Origin: Octopus vulgaris
Taxonomy: Eukaryota
NCBI GenBank assembly: GCA_951406725.2
Contig: OX597823.1
Coordinates: 80,104,001-80,168,000 of the forward strand
Reading direction: 5' to 3'
Length of the DNA stretch: 64,000 bases
The notes beneath the pieces were generated by a model. It saw only the letters and a program-made list of their open reading frames with translations, searched no databases and had not been told where the DNA came from. Shown here piece after piece: positions 40,676 through 54,838 of the stretch. The first letter of the stretch is position 1. Every line of letters begins with the position of its first letter. The position numbers and the translations under genes were made by a program.

Positions 40676-40793
40676 GTTATTGCTGTTGGCACCTCGCATC
40701 TAGTTATTCGAATATTGTGTTCCCGATCTTCAGATCTGGTGATCCAGAACACGAGATTTGAATAACTAGCTGCATGGTGCCAGCTCCAATAAC
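40676..40793. repeat. 118-bp gapless imperfect palindrome
   Basis: Arms pair without indels around CAGA|TCTG (40731-40738). Confidence 0.85.
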
Positions 40794-40880
40794 CTATATC
40801 TGTGTTTGCGTTCATCTGTGTAAGTACGTGCGGGTCGTGTTGTGAGTGTATGCGTGCATATTTATACTCATGTAGGAATG

Positions 40881-40936
<56 letters not shown>

Positions 40937-40938
<2 letters not shown>

Positions 40939-41186
40939 AGGCGCGTGGCTTAGTGGTTAGGATGTCAGCGTCATGATTGTAAGATTGAGGTTTCGATTCC
41001 TGAACAGAGCGACGCGTTGTGTTCTTGAGCAAAACACTTCATTTCACGTTATTCCAGTCCACTCAGCTGGCAAAAATGAGTAAAGCTGCGATGGACTGGC
41101 GTCCCGTCCAGCTGCGAACATATAAGCCATTGAAACCGGGGAAACCGGACCCATGAGCTTGGCTAGGCTATAAAAGGACGCATTTA
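40937..41186 (+). mobile_element. SINE family C
   Basis: Near reverse complement of 912-1159. Confidence 0.88.
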
Positions 41187-41253
41187 TATTTTATCATATA
41201 TATATATATATATATACCGGAGTAAACGTGAATTTTCTGCTGCTTTAAATAAA

Positions 41254-41308
<55 letters not shown>

Positions 41309-42156
41309 GTATTTATATGCATAAAGAAATCTTTTCTGAAGTGTTCTTGAGTTAATGAGAGCAAGTAAGGCCCACATCCACTGGATTAGTGAAATGTAAC
41401 GTTTCGTCAAGTCTAACTGAAGTGTGTACTCGTATTTTGTCATTTATATATGTGGTAAAAATGTATTCCTATCTCTTTATCGCCCTATTACTTTGCCAAA
41501 AATGCACATTATTTTAGAGCACATATTTTGTGCATATTGTTTTAGATCCCTGTTATCCTTACTCAGGGAGAAGACTAGATTCTCATGGCAGGATTTTGTT
41601 TTTCCTTCATACGATATGACTTTTTCCTCCTCAAAAAGCGTCATCTCTACGCAGATGAACCCCACCTTACTTTTTCAAAACATTAAAAAAAATTTTACCG
41701 TTGGGGCTTCTACATTTTTACTTTTTAGGAAGAGTGCTCATCCACTTCGACTTCCTCCTGGGCCACAACCTCATACGTAAACGAGGTGGTACTTCCAATA
41801 GTGGTTACTTCCTGGTCGTTCAGTACTAGCTGTCGTGGATGTGAAGAACTCTCCTTGTCTTCATTAGTTATGAGTGGAAGAGCGGTTTAGGGTGTGGCAA
41901 AACTTTGTCCCGTATAACTAAGGACGGGACAATTTTATTTTATTTGTTGAATCGCGACCTGGGCCTTTTGTGTTGCCTTAGGATCGATAAGCTCCAGGGT
42001 TTGTTCTTGCTGTTGTTGCTTTTTGTTGTTCTAGACTTTCTATATATATTTCAAAGTTGTGCTCGTTTAGTAAATAACTTCATCCGAGACCATGTGTTGA
42101 ACCTTAGGCAAATACATTGTCCAAGAGCTATTTTATATATATATATATCTTTTATA

Positions 42157-42587
42157 GGCGTAGGAGTGGCTGTGTGGTAAGTAGCTTGCTTACCAACCAC
42201 ATGGTTCAGGGTTCACTCCCACTGTGTGGCACATTGGGCAAGTGTCTTCTACTATAGCCTCGGGCCGACCAAAACCTTGTGGGTGGATTTGGTAGACGGA
42301 AACTGAAAGAAGCTCGTCGTATATATGTATATATATGTGTGTGTGTGTGTGTGTGTTTATGTTTGTGTGTCTGTGTTTCCCCCCCCCCCCCCCCAACATC
42401 GCCTGACAACCGATGCTGGTGTGTTTACGTCCCCGTAACATAGCGGTTCGACAAAGGGAACCGATAAAATAAGTACTAGGCTTTACAAAGAATAAGTCCT
42501 GAGGGTCGATTTGCTCGACTAAAGGCGGTGCTCCAGCATGGCTGCAGTCAAATAACTGAAACAAATAAAAGAATAAAAGAGTAAAAG
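42157..42587 (+). mobile_element. SINE family B
   Basis: Full-length homologue of 26343-26784. Confidence 0.9.
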
Positions 42588-43524
42588 TAGCTTCTTAAGT
42601 ATTTCTTAACGTGTTAAGAATTATTCCAATTATTTCTTTGCATCGTTGCTGTTGACTGACTGGCAGCTCTGCCTAGGCTTCAGGGCCTCTTCTATTTTGC
42701 ACTCGGTCGTTGCACTTTGTTTGACATGTTGACTCCAGCCGTCCTTAATCCCTTCCCGGTTCAATTCATCTATCTGTTTACACCATAATCAACTTCTTTT
42801 TCTTTTTATTTTCCCGTTCTCTTTTCTTGTTACCTCCTACACTGTGGCGATCGTTAACATTGAATATTTGCTCACTGTGCGATGACGGTTAGATTTCAAT
42901 GTTTGTATATCGCGTTATGTAAATAAATGGTATTTTTAGTTTATCATTCTCTTATGTATGTATAACCATATAGAAATTAATATCTTGTTATGTCGATTAA
43001 TTTCTATTTTCATGGTGTTGTGTAAATTGGAGTGAAATGCTAATACAGAGATAAATCTATAACTCATTTCTTTATCTATATATTTATAAAATTTAACACT
43101 AGAGTATACATGTACGACATTATATATATATATGTGTGTGTGTGTGTGTATCTTCACAAATCGCGTGTGACGACAAAAGAGGTAGACTTCAATATCGTTG
43201 GAAATAGAGAGTTATATTTACTGAATGATACAGTTTTGGAGACTTACATACAGAACTTCAAGTTTCTATGTCAACAAGATGACCGCCGCACTTTTTCAGC
43301 TGATTGTAAGTTCGGTGCCGGTAGTTCTATCAATTACAAGAAAGAAAAAAGAGCTGTGCCACCGGTGAGAAGAAAAAAAAATATACTCCGAACATTTGAT
43401 TACACAAGGGAGACAAATATCTTTTTATTGATTGCCAGAACTTTTATGTGTTAGCTAAAATAATTAGGAGGTATTTATATTAAAGGATATAATTAAAAAC
43501 CACGAACTAAATAAATTCATAAAT

Positions 43525-43930
43525 AGGAGTGGCTGTGTGGTAAGTAGCTTGCTTACCAACCACATGGTTCCGTGGCATCTTGGGCAAGTGTCTTCTACTA
43601 TAGCCTCGGGCCGACCAAAGCCTTGTGAGTGGATTTGGTAGACGGAAACTGAAAAGAATCCCGTCGTATATATATATATATATATATATGTGTGTTTGTG
43701 TGTCTGTGTGTGTTTGTGTGTCTCTGTTTGTCCCCCTAGCATTGCTTGACAACCGATGCTGGTGTGTTTATGTCCCCGTTACTTAGCGGTTCGGCAAAAG
43801 AGACCGATAGAATAAGTACTGGGCTTGCAAAAGAATAAGTTCCGGGGTCGAGTTGCTCGATTAAAGGCGGTGCTCCAGCATGGCCGCAGTCAAATGACTG
43901 AAACAAGTAAAAGAGTAAAGAGTAAAAGAG
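43525..43930 (+). mobile_element. SINE family B with deletion of the B-box-like segment
   Basis: CACATGGTTCC|GTGGCATC lacks the GGGTTCAGTCCCACTGC segment. Confidence 0.88.
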
Positions 43931-44325
43931 TATTTAAAAGAACGAAGGATAGATCGAGCAGCTTCTTAGAAATAAAATATTTAAAAATGGGATTGAAGTT
44001 AAAACAATATTACAGCATTGGTACATAAAAATTTAATATATAAATACTTTAAAAGTTAAAAGCTTAAAATTTAAAGAATTATTAAAACTTAACTTTAAAA
44101 TTATAGGGTATTGGAAAATTCCAAAATTAGTCTGTGTAAAGTAAGAAGAAGGAAAATTGAAATTAAGATCGAAAGTAAAAATTAGGTAAAAAATAATTGT
44201 TATAATTAGGATTAAAAATAAGATTGAGAAATATATGTATATGTTGTCACATATTGATCTTTGTTTCTTCTATTTGTTCCACCAAACCTCTGTGTGTGTG
44301 TGCGAGCGCGCATGTGTGTGTATGC

Positions 44326-44359
<34 letters not shown>

Positions 44360-45618
44360 ATGTATGTATTTATGTATACATGCTCGCACATATGTAGGTA
44401 GGTACGTACGTACGTGTCTGTCTCTATGTATGTGTGTATGTATGCATATTTATATAGTGCGGTGTGTGCTTGATTGCAGAATATTATCTACACAGGGTTT
44501 CTTAAAATTACGACTAAAATATATGATGACATAATAAGTTATTTTTGTAATGATGGTTGAAATGCACTCCTTAATATATTCATGTGTGTAAAATCGAGCG
44601 CGAATGATGAGTGCATAATAGAATAAATCATGCACTCACCATTTAGAAGCAAATTGCTTGACATAAAATATGTCACTCCTGGACGAATAAAATCCGCCCT
44701 CTTTTACAAACAGATATTTATACATACATGTTTTCCGTTATTAATTTACAGATGCATATACACCCGGCGTGAGGAGACGTATGCCAAGAATAGGAGACTA
44801 TTTTGTGAGTGTGCAATAGGTTCAATGTCCTGCATTAACGCCATTTTCGACCTTGTTTAATAATCAATATAGTTCTGAATACAAAAAAACGCTTTTCATC
44901 AAGGTTGCTTGCGTCTATAGTTTTTATAAAGATGCAAAGAAGTTTTAAATAAAACATAGCTAGGAGCTACGACGACAACCATATCACCGACAAAGAAATC
45001 AGAACTGAGAGCATAGGGAAGGGAAATAGAAATTGTATTTGTAATACGAATCGAAATAATAAAGTGAATTTTTCTCTGGAACGATAAATTCATTAATGAC
45101 TTATGTTATTCCTATAAAATGAGATATTTGCGGGAAACCTGAAAATAGGTATTGCGATTGATTCCTCTCTGAGCTGTACTATTTTACAACGAAATAATCA
45201 TATCAACAAGCAACATTTGTTGAATGCAAGAAGATCGTTTCCAACTATTAGGAACAATTATAAAAGCAAGAAATCTCATGTTTATGTAGGAGTTCAAAGT
45301 TACTAGTGAGAAACTCCATCAACAGAAGAGAGAATCTGAAAGGAAAACATTAACACGCAATTCGGTTGAAATCTGTCATTAGTTTATTGAGAATTGTGTA
45401 CTGTCAATAAAAGATCATAGAAACTTCTCGGAAGAATATTATCTATTCTTTAAAAAGCAATTTTTTAAATGGAGATGTTGGGTGGATCATGCTGTATATC
45501 CTTGAAGCTATGAGAGAAATATTTCAGAATAGGAAAGTAGTATCAAAACACTTGATTGCTAGCTACTGGTGCAAAAGTGCCTGAATTTCTATTTGTGATA
45601 TCAAATCAACCCCTACAA

Positions 45619-45848
45619 GGCGGCGAGTTGGCAGAAACGTTAGCACGCCGGGTGAAATGCTTAGCCGTATTTCGTCTGCCGCTACGTTCTGAGTTCAAAT
45701 TCCGTCGAGGTCGACTTTGCCTTTCATCCTTTCGGGGTCGATTAAATAAGTACCAGTTACGCACTGGAGTCGATATAATCGACTTAATCCTTTTGTCTGT
45801 CCTTGTTTGTCACCTCTATGTTTAGCCCCTTGTGGGCAGTAAAGAAAT
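45619..45848 (+). mobile_element. SINE family A with ~20-bp target-site duplication
   Basis: Flanks GATATCAAATCAACCCCTAC / GATATCAAATCAGCCTCTAC. Confidence 0.92.
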
Positions 45849-46152
45849 AGATATCAAATCAGCCTCTACCTACAAGCATTCAGTGGGTATAGAAGTATAG
45901 TATAATGGCTGGCATCAGCAGTAACAATTCTGATACTAAAGAATAAAGTCACTCGTATTACGAAGTACCACAAACCAAATATACACTAACATCTTAAGCA
46001 TAGCATGTTTACAACCTACCCGAGCCTCTTATTTCACAGAAGTAGCTTCCTGGGATTTAGTGAATAACTCCTCATCAAGGGGTGTGAAAGAATAGGAGCT
46101 GTTTAGCGCAAGAAAACATTCTATTGTTTCCCAGTTATGGATTGTAACTAAC

Positions 46153-46461
46153 TGGTACTCCGTCGGTTACGACGACGAGTGTTACAGTTAATACCGTCAG
46201 CGGAACAGCTCGTTTGTGAAATCAACGTGCATGTGGTTGAACAGTCCGCAGACACATGTAACTGTAACGTAGTTCTCAAGAAGATTCAGCGTGACACAGA
46301 ATATGACAGGGCTGGCCCTTTGAAATGCAAGTACTACTCATTTTTTCCAGCTGAGTAGGCTGGAGCAATGTGAAATAAAGTGTCTTGCTCAAGGACACAA
46401 CCCGCCGCTGGGTATCGAACTTATGACTTTACGATTTTAACCACTAAGTCGCACGCCTTCA
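46153..46461 (-). mobile_element. SINE family E (C/D-type head, third tail type)
   Basis: GAAGGCGTGCGACTTAGTGG head, CCTTGAGCAAGACACTTTATTTCAC block, tail ending CTCGTCGTCGTAACCGACGGAGTACC. Confidence 0.75.
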
Positions 46462-48420
46462 CTGCTAATAGAAGCGCTTCGACATGCTAATGTTCCAGAA
46501 GCCGTTATCAAAATCACAGGCAGCCTGGGTTGGTCCTTGGCCGCCATCCTGAAGCTAAATACAAAACGTGATTGCTTTTGTCTCTGGTTGGATAAAATAT
46601 CAAGAAGTACATTGCAAGAGGCCATTTTTCTGTAATGCTATTTATACTGAAACCAGCCTTTTGTTAATATCTTGGGAGTGTTTGTTGACAAGGAAACAGA
46701 AAAACCAACTTGGCGCACAGTATCTTTGTGAACTGAGAGTATAGGATAAAACTATAATGAAGATTTTTGATTTGATTATGGTTTTCACAGAAGACAAACG
46801 GGGAAAGTTGGGGAGAGATAAATATAACTAAATGTTTGTAAATTTAAGCATGACGTAAGAGCCGGATCGATTTTAACAGAGAAAGGAAAAACAATAATAA
46901 CTAATGCAGCTGAACACACTGAAATCGATGGATTAAAAGAAAATCGGTGGAACCTTATTATAAAAAAGAAAACACAGCAAATAAATTAAAACTCTTAAAT
47001 TCCTGTCTGAGACCAGAAAAAATATATATATACAATGTTGTGAAATTTAGCCACTCTCTTGATAGCAATAACATAAGAAATATACAAGATAATGAAGGCA
47101 TCTAAGTGTCCTGGTGAGGAATCTGCAAATCTGGTACGCAACAATTACATTTAGGTTTGCATCTATTATTATTGGAGCAATAAGACATATACAAATTCCA
47201 TCGTTGATCTTCGGAAGAGCAGCAATTAGTGGAGAAACAAATCAAATGTTAGCAAAAAGAAATCGATACTCAAAAAGTAAAATAAAATAAAAGTATGGCG
47301 AGTGCAAAAAAGAGAATTCTTGTATCTATAGAATTTAAAAGCAATTAATGAGAATTTTAGTTTTTTAGAGAAAGAACGTAAGCTTCAGAGAGCCACAATA
47401 TTGTGTCCAATGAAAACGTGAAGGGCGTTAAAATTTAAAGAGTGAATGATTGTGTGAAAGATGACTGATAAAATATGGCTCCCTTTTCTAAAACATTTTC
47501 ATTATTTTCTTCTTGTTGCTTTTGGTATAGGGGCGGGAAGTTCTTCTTTTCTGAATATTACTGCGAAGAAGTTGGTTAGTGAAATTAAACCCTAAAATTT
47601 CCTAATTTAGAAGAGAAAACGCATATAAATATATATACATAAAGACAGGCAGAGAGAGAGAGACGGACGGACAGACACATAGACAGATATAAAAGTGCCA
47701 GCCGTTAACCACTCACCACCAATGGGTTTGTCTTGGTAACGCGTCCCGATTGTGTTAGGTGCCTTATAGTGGCCAGTAGACGTAGAAAAATCTTCGATTC
47801 TTCCACTTTTTGACCCTGCATTACATCTAAGATGTGACAGATGGAGATAAATAGAGGTACACCAATATTCGGCTGATGGCTGAATAAACAAGACCATCTG
47901 TTCAAGCCACAGATGGGATCCTCCTGATATGTATTACCGTTCTGGGTGGGGACAGACCTGAGAATAATGGTAATTAAGTGGTGACTCCATACTCCCAAGT
48001 CCAGAACGCCTCGCAGTTTAATGCAGTTTAATACCATACCAGGACAACGTACATACATACATACATACATACACAGGTATACCATAGCTGTCCACTCGTA
48101 ATAAAGTAAGACCATCGCTGACCAGTAATAATAACATTGTGCATAACATTGGGCATTCATACAAATTTACCCAATGTAAACTTGTGGCTCCACTGGTGAC
48201 CATTGAGCCCCCTTCTTGATTAGCATACAAGTCCACAGTTATTGCAGAACAAGCTTCCCCCATTCACTGACATTCTGCATCGGTATTGCTACTTAATCCT
48301 TAACTTTACAATACATTCATACATATAGCGAATGTGAATGCCTTCTTTAAACTTGTAAAGAACGTATTGTCAAACCTTCCAGAACTTACAGCTTTTATAT
48401 GTTGTCTATAGTTTCTTTAA

Positions 48421-48641
48421 CCCTTTCATTACTGTATTCATTTTGAGATGTTTTGTGTTTCTTTCAGTTACCTTAAATATAATAAAGAATTTAGTAAAAT
48501 AACTTAGTCAACATTAACCTTGTATTAGGAACATAAATTGCAATTAATGTTTGGTGAAAGATTTTAACTAAAAACTTATGAAGACATGACATTTGCACTA
48601 CAGAGCCAGAGGCGGTTTCGAGTCGATTGGTATCGAAAGGG
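48421..48641. mobile_element. piggyBac-type MITE
   Basis: TTAA|CCCTTTCATTAC ... GTATCGAAAGGG|TTAA: TTAA duplication and imperfect TIRs, no ORF. Confidence 0.82.
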
Positions 48642-48987
48642 TTAATCTTAAGTACACAAGGGCGTGTAACAAGAGTTTTGCATAAAAGCCAGGATTTGTT
48701 GGTGTTTTTCCAGGAATGAATAAAGTAAATTGATTCGAATCCTCCAAATCTAATCGATCAGAGGCACAATGAAAATTTTAATAACATTCCTAAGATTCTC
48801 CTTTTGGACTTCTTGGAATGTATATATACACAATCACATATGGCATAAACATATAGTTTAACTTGCACACACGTACACACTTCCACACACTCATACATAC
48901 AAACTAATCGCACTGAACCGTGTGTTATAGTGGCACATACACTCATTACATGAATGCAAGTATAGTCACACACATCTTCATACATAT

Positions 48988-49384
48988 TTATTTATTGCCC
49001 ACAGGAGGCTAAACATAGAGGAAACAAACAAGGACAGACAAAGGGATTAAGTCGATTACATCGACACCAGCGCGTAACTGGTACTTATTTAATTTAAGGC
49101 AAAGTCGACCTCGGCAGAATTTGAACTCAGAAGGTAGCGGCAGACGAATTACCTATTTCTTTACTACCCACAAGGGGCTAAACACAGATAGGACAAACAA
49201 GGAGAGACAAACGGATTAAGTCGATTACATCGACCCCAGTGCGTAACTGGTACTTATTTAATCGACCCCGAAAGGATGAAAGGCAAAGTAGACCTCGGCG
49301 GAATTTGAACTCAGAACGTAACGGCAGGCGAGATACCGCTAAGCGTTTTGTCCGGCGTGCTAACGATTCTGCCAGCTTGCCGCC
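48988..49384 (-). mobile_element. SINE family A, dimeric
   Basis: One head (ending 49384), two bodies, same junction type at ~49140-49165. Confidence 0.88.
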
Positions 49385-50589
49385 ATTACATACATCTTCA
49401 TGTAAGCACATATGAACTCAGCTCGCTTTGTCACCTTTTCACTCTTTTAGCGACCTGCTTGAATTCTGCGATAAAGGATGAAATAAGTTTTAATGAAAAC
49501 ATACTTTCATGAGTATCGAGTAGTTGTTGCCTAAATTTCAATAAAAGAGTTTTGTGTGTGTGGTGTGTGCGCAGCCTGTGATGATACAAAATGTGCTGTT
49601 CTGTTATTTTTATAAGAAATTCTTTGCTGAAAAGAGATTGGAGGTCCAGGCGGTATTGTCAAAATTCACGAAGGAAGTAATGCACTAGGGTCGATGTGAT
49701 CGACTTAATCCCTTTGTCTGTCCTTGTTTGTTCCCTCTATGTTTAGCCCCCTGTGGGCAATAAATAAATATGTATGAAGATGTGAAGGACTATACTTGCA
49801 TTCATGTAATGAGTGTATGTGAACTAATATTATTTCTTGTGAGTTTTAATGTTCCGCTTGAGTGCCACTTCCATTTTCTTTCTACGCGTGATGTAATAAT
49901 TGTAGCGGAGATGTATGTATTTCGTAAAGTTTTTTGTCTTCTGAGTATATTCATACAGTTGCGCCTGTTCACTGGTTGTATTTGATGCCTCTGATTGCTG
50001 GTAGCAAGGGAAATGGTAAATTTGGTAGAAAAGCTTTTTAGGTAGTTCATGTAGGATTGGATTAACGCATGGGATTGGTGGGAAGATGTGTGACATCATC
50101 TACATAAGAAGCTTTGTGTGTGTGTATGTATGTGTGTATGTGTGTGCGTGCGTGCGTGCGTGTGAATGAATGAGTGTGTAGGAGAGTAAGAAGATTGTGC
50201 AGGTGGAATATCAAAACTGTGCGTGATGCGTTATTCTTATAGCTCTCCATCTGGGAAACTGCAGAATCCGGATGTGTTGCAGTTGTATGCCACACAGGCT
50301 TGGCCGTTTGGGTGTTAAATCAAGTATGTCAGAAACGTACTGGATGACATAGGCAAGAAAAGTATTATTGGAATTGAAATCTTCCCCCATAGTTCTTGCT
50401 TGTGTTGGAATGTATGATGTATAATGCTAATATAGAGTTGTTAATGCTACTATATTCTTTGTGTAACGTTTTATAGCTAATTCTGCTTTTTATAATTGAT
50501 GCAAACACTTGGAAATTTTCTCAAGATACTTTTTTATACTTTATCTTCATGTTCTTTTTACATAGTTAGTAAATGTATTTATTTTTCTG

Positions 50590-50666
<77 letters not shown>

Positions 50667-51129
50667 ATTAATGTATTGTGTTAGGAGTTGTCTCAGTTGA
50701 ATTTTTTATTTTTAAATCCGAGTTAACAATTTGGATAGCTTTTTTTATATGTTGCCTTGTTTTTCTTTCATTGTTGTTGTTGAGTTTATATTGTTATTTA
50801 TTTCTTCTAAACAGCAGCATTCGTTAGTGAACGCTAATCTAAATAGAATTTTTCCCAAATTTATGAATTCTCATGAGAAAAGAAAAAAATGTTGTTAGCA
50901 AGAACGATGATGGACACGTTTCGATCGTATTGAATCTCACCTGCTTTTTTTCTGTATAAGTCACTAAAAATTGCCCTCTAAATTTCATTTAAGAATGTCC
51001 TTTTTTATGCTTCATTTAGTACATACACACATACATACATATATGCATACATACGCACACACACACACATACATACATACATACATACATACATACATAC
51101 ATACATACATACATACATACATACATACA

Positions 51130-51160
<31 letters not shown>

Positions 51161-51699
51161 GAGCATGTCTAGATATGCAACTATATACATGAGAAAACAC
51201 ATAAAACATACAAATCTGCACATACATACATACAAACATATATACATATATACATACATACATACATACATACATACATACATACATACATACATACATA
51301 CATAAGTACGTACGTACGTACATACAAACAAACAAAAGTACCCTGCTGTTCATATTGAAATTCCATGGATCTAGGTTAAAAATCAGTTCTTTCTCTAGAG
51401 GTAAGAAATCTTGAAATAAACTGAATAATGACATACAAACATACAAATATACATACATACATACATACATACATACATACATACATACATACATACATAC
51501 ATGCATACATACATACGTACATACATACATGCATACATACATACATACATACATACATACATACATACATACATACATACATGCATACATACATACACAT
51601 AACCACCGATCTGTTTCGTATTTATGGATAGTAGTGATTATAGATGAAGATATCAATTGTAGTAATGACGGTGTATGGAGGAAAATATATTCTTGAAAC

Positions 51700-52980
51700 T
51701 ATTTACTAATTTATTTTCGTGTGGGTAAACATTGCAAATTGTTTGAATATTCGTTGTGGTGGTCTGATTCGGCGATGGGGGTCTGTTGGAGTTAATGCCA
51801 TCAAATATGATCCTCTCTAAAACAGTTGAGGGTATGGAAAGAAGGTTGAGCGGTTTGTATGGTGCTTTTTCACTTGACCTTTTTGCAGGAGTCTATTAGT
51901 CCCCGATCTTCCCCCAGTACAAGAATCTGGGGTTTTTCTATCGTTGATGTATTTGCAGACAATAGTGAATACTATTGTAAATAATAATGAACTTGTAGAT
52001 AATTTGGAGATATTTACTCTTTTACTCTTTTATTTGTTTCAGCCATTTGACTGTGGTCATGCTGGAGCACCGCCTTTAGTCGAGCAAATCGATCTCAGGA
52101 CTTAATCTTTGTAAGCCTAGTACTTAGTCTATCGGTCGCTTTTGCCGAACAGTGTGTAACTGGTACTTATTTATCGTCCCAGAAAGGATGAAAGGCAAAG
52201 TCGACCTCGGCAGAATTTGAACTCAGAACGTAACGGCAGATGAAATACCGCTAAGCATTTTGCCCAGCGTACTAACGATTCTGCGAGCTCGCTGTCCTTG
52301 TTTTCATATTATTGTACAATTATCGGAGACTGATTTTGATATTGCCGTTTACTTTCACTTGGAAATTTGTTTACGTTATCTAAAGTTCTTGTTGTGACGT
52401 ATTATGTTGTATACAACTAACATTTCTATTGCGTTTTACTATTGATTTTTTAGTTTGTGTTTGATACAAATTCTTGCCAGCTTTCTAGAGGATTTTTTCT
52501 TCATTTTGCTTCATGCTTTTACATAATTGCTGAATACATAGTTTTATTTCTACTTTGTATGTTGTATTATGTGAGCTTCTTATGCTTGGAGTTGACTCCA
52601 TTTTTTAATTGGGTTGACTATTTCTGCAATTGGATAGCATTTCTTATATTGTCTTGATTTTCCCTTTCCTTCTTTCTGTTTTTTCTTAGAAGTTTCTGGA
52701 ATGATGGCGTTAGATGCTTGTATTGCAATGTTTATCTTGTTCTTTATGTCTACGAACTTTAATTGACTTCAATTTCTCTATCTGGAATTCCTCCTTCCTA
52801 CACGTTCTCACAACTTTATTCCTTATTCTACAGTTGTCTTGCTATTCTACTGAAATCCTTTGACATGACGAAGATGGAGACGAGCACCAACGTTCCATGT
52901 GTCAGGCTTGATAATTGTTGAGATTTTTCTCAGCATGAAACCATTGGTAGACTTATTAATCCACAAATAAAGAATATTTA
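51700..52980 (-). pseudogene. Degenerate non-LTR retrotransposon (RT N-terminal region), interrupted by a SINE
   Basis: Minus-strand peptide YKPLNLLSIPSTVLERII (~51875-51808) matches the LINE RT motif YRPISLLS...K.LERII; outer boundaries approximate. Confidence 0.5.
52015..52295 (-). mobile_element. Chimeric SINE: family-A head joined to family-B tail
   Basis: 52295-52152 is A-type; 52151-52015 is B-type 3' end, same orientation, no spacer. Confidence 0.8.
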
Positions 52981-53064
52981 TCCACCAATGCAGTACTCAG
53001 CACTCATTCTCACTATTCAATATTAACGTGCGAGTGTGTGCATGTGTGTGTGTTTATGTATGTA

Positions 53065-53124
<60 letters not shown>

Positions 53125-53975
53125 TGCATACACGCACATATATATAGTCTTAGTCAACCAAATCGACTCCAATTCTTATTCTGTAAAGCCTAGTATTTAT
53201 TCTATCAGTCCCTTTTGCCGAACCCCATGTTACGGGATAAAAACACACCAACTACTATTGACATCATCTAGCAAAGCCTACGAGCGAAATTTCCCTTATG
53301 TTACTTGGATATCTGTTATGTTTCTTGATGAGGCAATTTTGTACAGTGGAGTGCACTGGAATTCATCATATCGTTCCCCATCTACTGGGGTGTAGTGCAG
53401 AATTATGCCCAAACGATCGTTGTGATAAATAAAGTTTCCACCATACTGGCTTCCGTATCAATTATTTAGAGTATACACCACGGACACTGAGGAATTCCTA
53501 ACGTAGATCCAGCGACGAATGTGCATTTACTGTGGATGACGCCAGGTAGCCATAAGAGGTGAACGTACCCTGCCGGTACACTACAAGGGACATACCCAAA
53601 ATACACTTTGGATGCTAAATCTTAAATTTTAATTCCAAACTTTAATTATAACTTATATATATATAGTCAATTCAAATAAAGGAACAAAACAAAAAACGAA
53701 AGAAAAAAGGGCAAGGACGTGCACAAGAAATGTATTACTTTGATGCTCGGTAAAAGGGGAGAGTTTAACGTTTCGAGCATAGCTCTTCGCCGGAACGGAG
53801 AAAGGGAAAATTCCGAAGATTGAAAACAAATCACCAACGGCACACGTGTAGTTATATTATATTGGATTGACAACTAAGTTCCCACCGTTTTTTTCAAATT
53901 TGATTTATTTTCAAGGTTTAATAAAAAAAATAATAACGTGTGGAAACAGTCTTAGGGTGTCCTGAGGGACGACCA

Positions 53976-54014
<39 letters not shown>

Positions 54015-54034
54015 TAGATAGATAGATAGATATA

Positions 54035-54065
<31 letters not shown>

Positions 54066-54103
54066 GCAGGCAGGCAGACAGACAGACAGACAGACAGATA
54101 GAC

Positions 54104-54197
<94 letters not shown>

Positions 54198-54356
54198 CTA
54201 AATAGATAGATAGATATGTTTCTTTATTAGCCACACATGGCTGCATACAGACAGGACAAATTGGGGGTAAAAAAAAGGGGGGTTTGGTTTTCGATCAAAA
54301 GGGATCGTAAAAGGAAAGAAAGAGGACAAAAAAGAGGGGGGAAAAATTTTAAAAAA

Positions 54357-54431
<75 letters not shown>

Positions 54432-54433
54432 TG

Positions 54434-54510
<77 letters not shown>

Positions 54511-54514
<4 letters not shown>

Positions 54515-54838
54515 GCACATATCGTCAGCCATCGAGGGGCATGCTCAACTGGTTAAGGTCAAGCAACTAACAAGCAAATCTGTGGTATTGAGTAGAACAT
54601 TTGCTGTAGCCCATCATTTACAGCAAGACAAAACATACGCATGGTAACACTTGCAATAAGTTAAGATCAGAAACCATGAGAGCCACTGTCTGGTACGGCA
54701 TCGGGGCATTTGTGGTGCTAAGCAGAATAAATACTTTGTTCATCTTTTATACCAAGACAAAACAATGTACATGATAACACTTCCAATCAGTTAAAATCAG
54801 AAGCCATGAGAGCAACTGCCTGCTGCTGCATCAGAGCA
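54511..54838 (-). mobile_element. Family F fragment with internal duplication
   Basis: Matches 56148-56320; the CAAGACAAAACA...CCATGAGAG block occurs twice. Confidence 0.75.

Noticed and set aside
50230-50340. PNGQACVAY as a PIF1/Helitron helicase motif
   Set aside because: Single short motif with no supporting neighbours.
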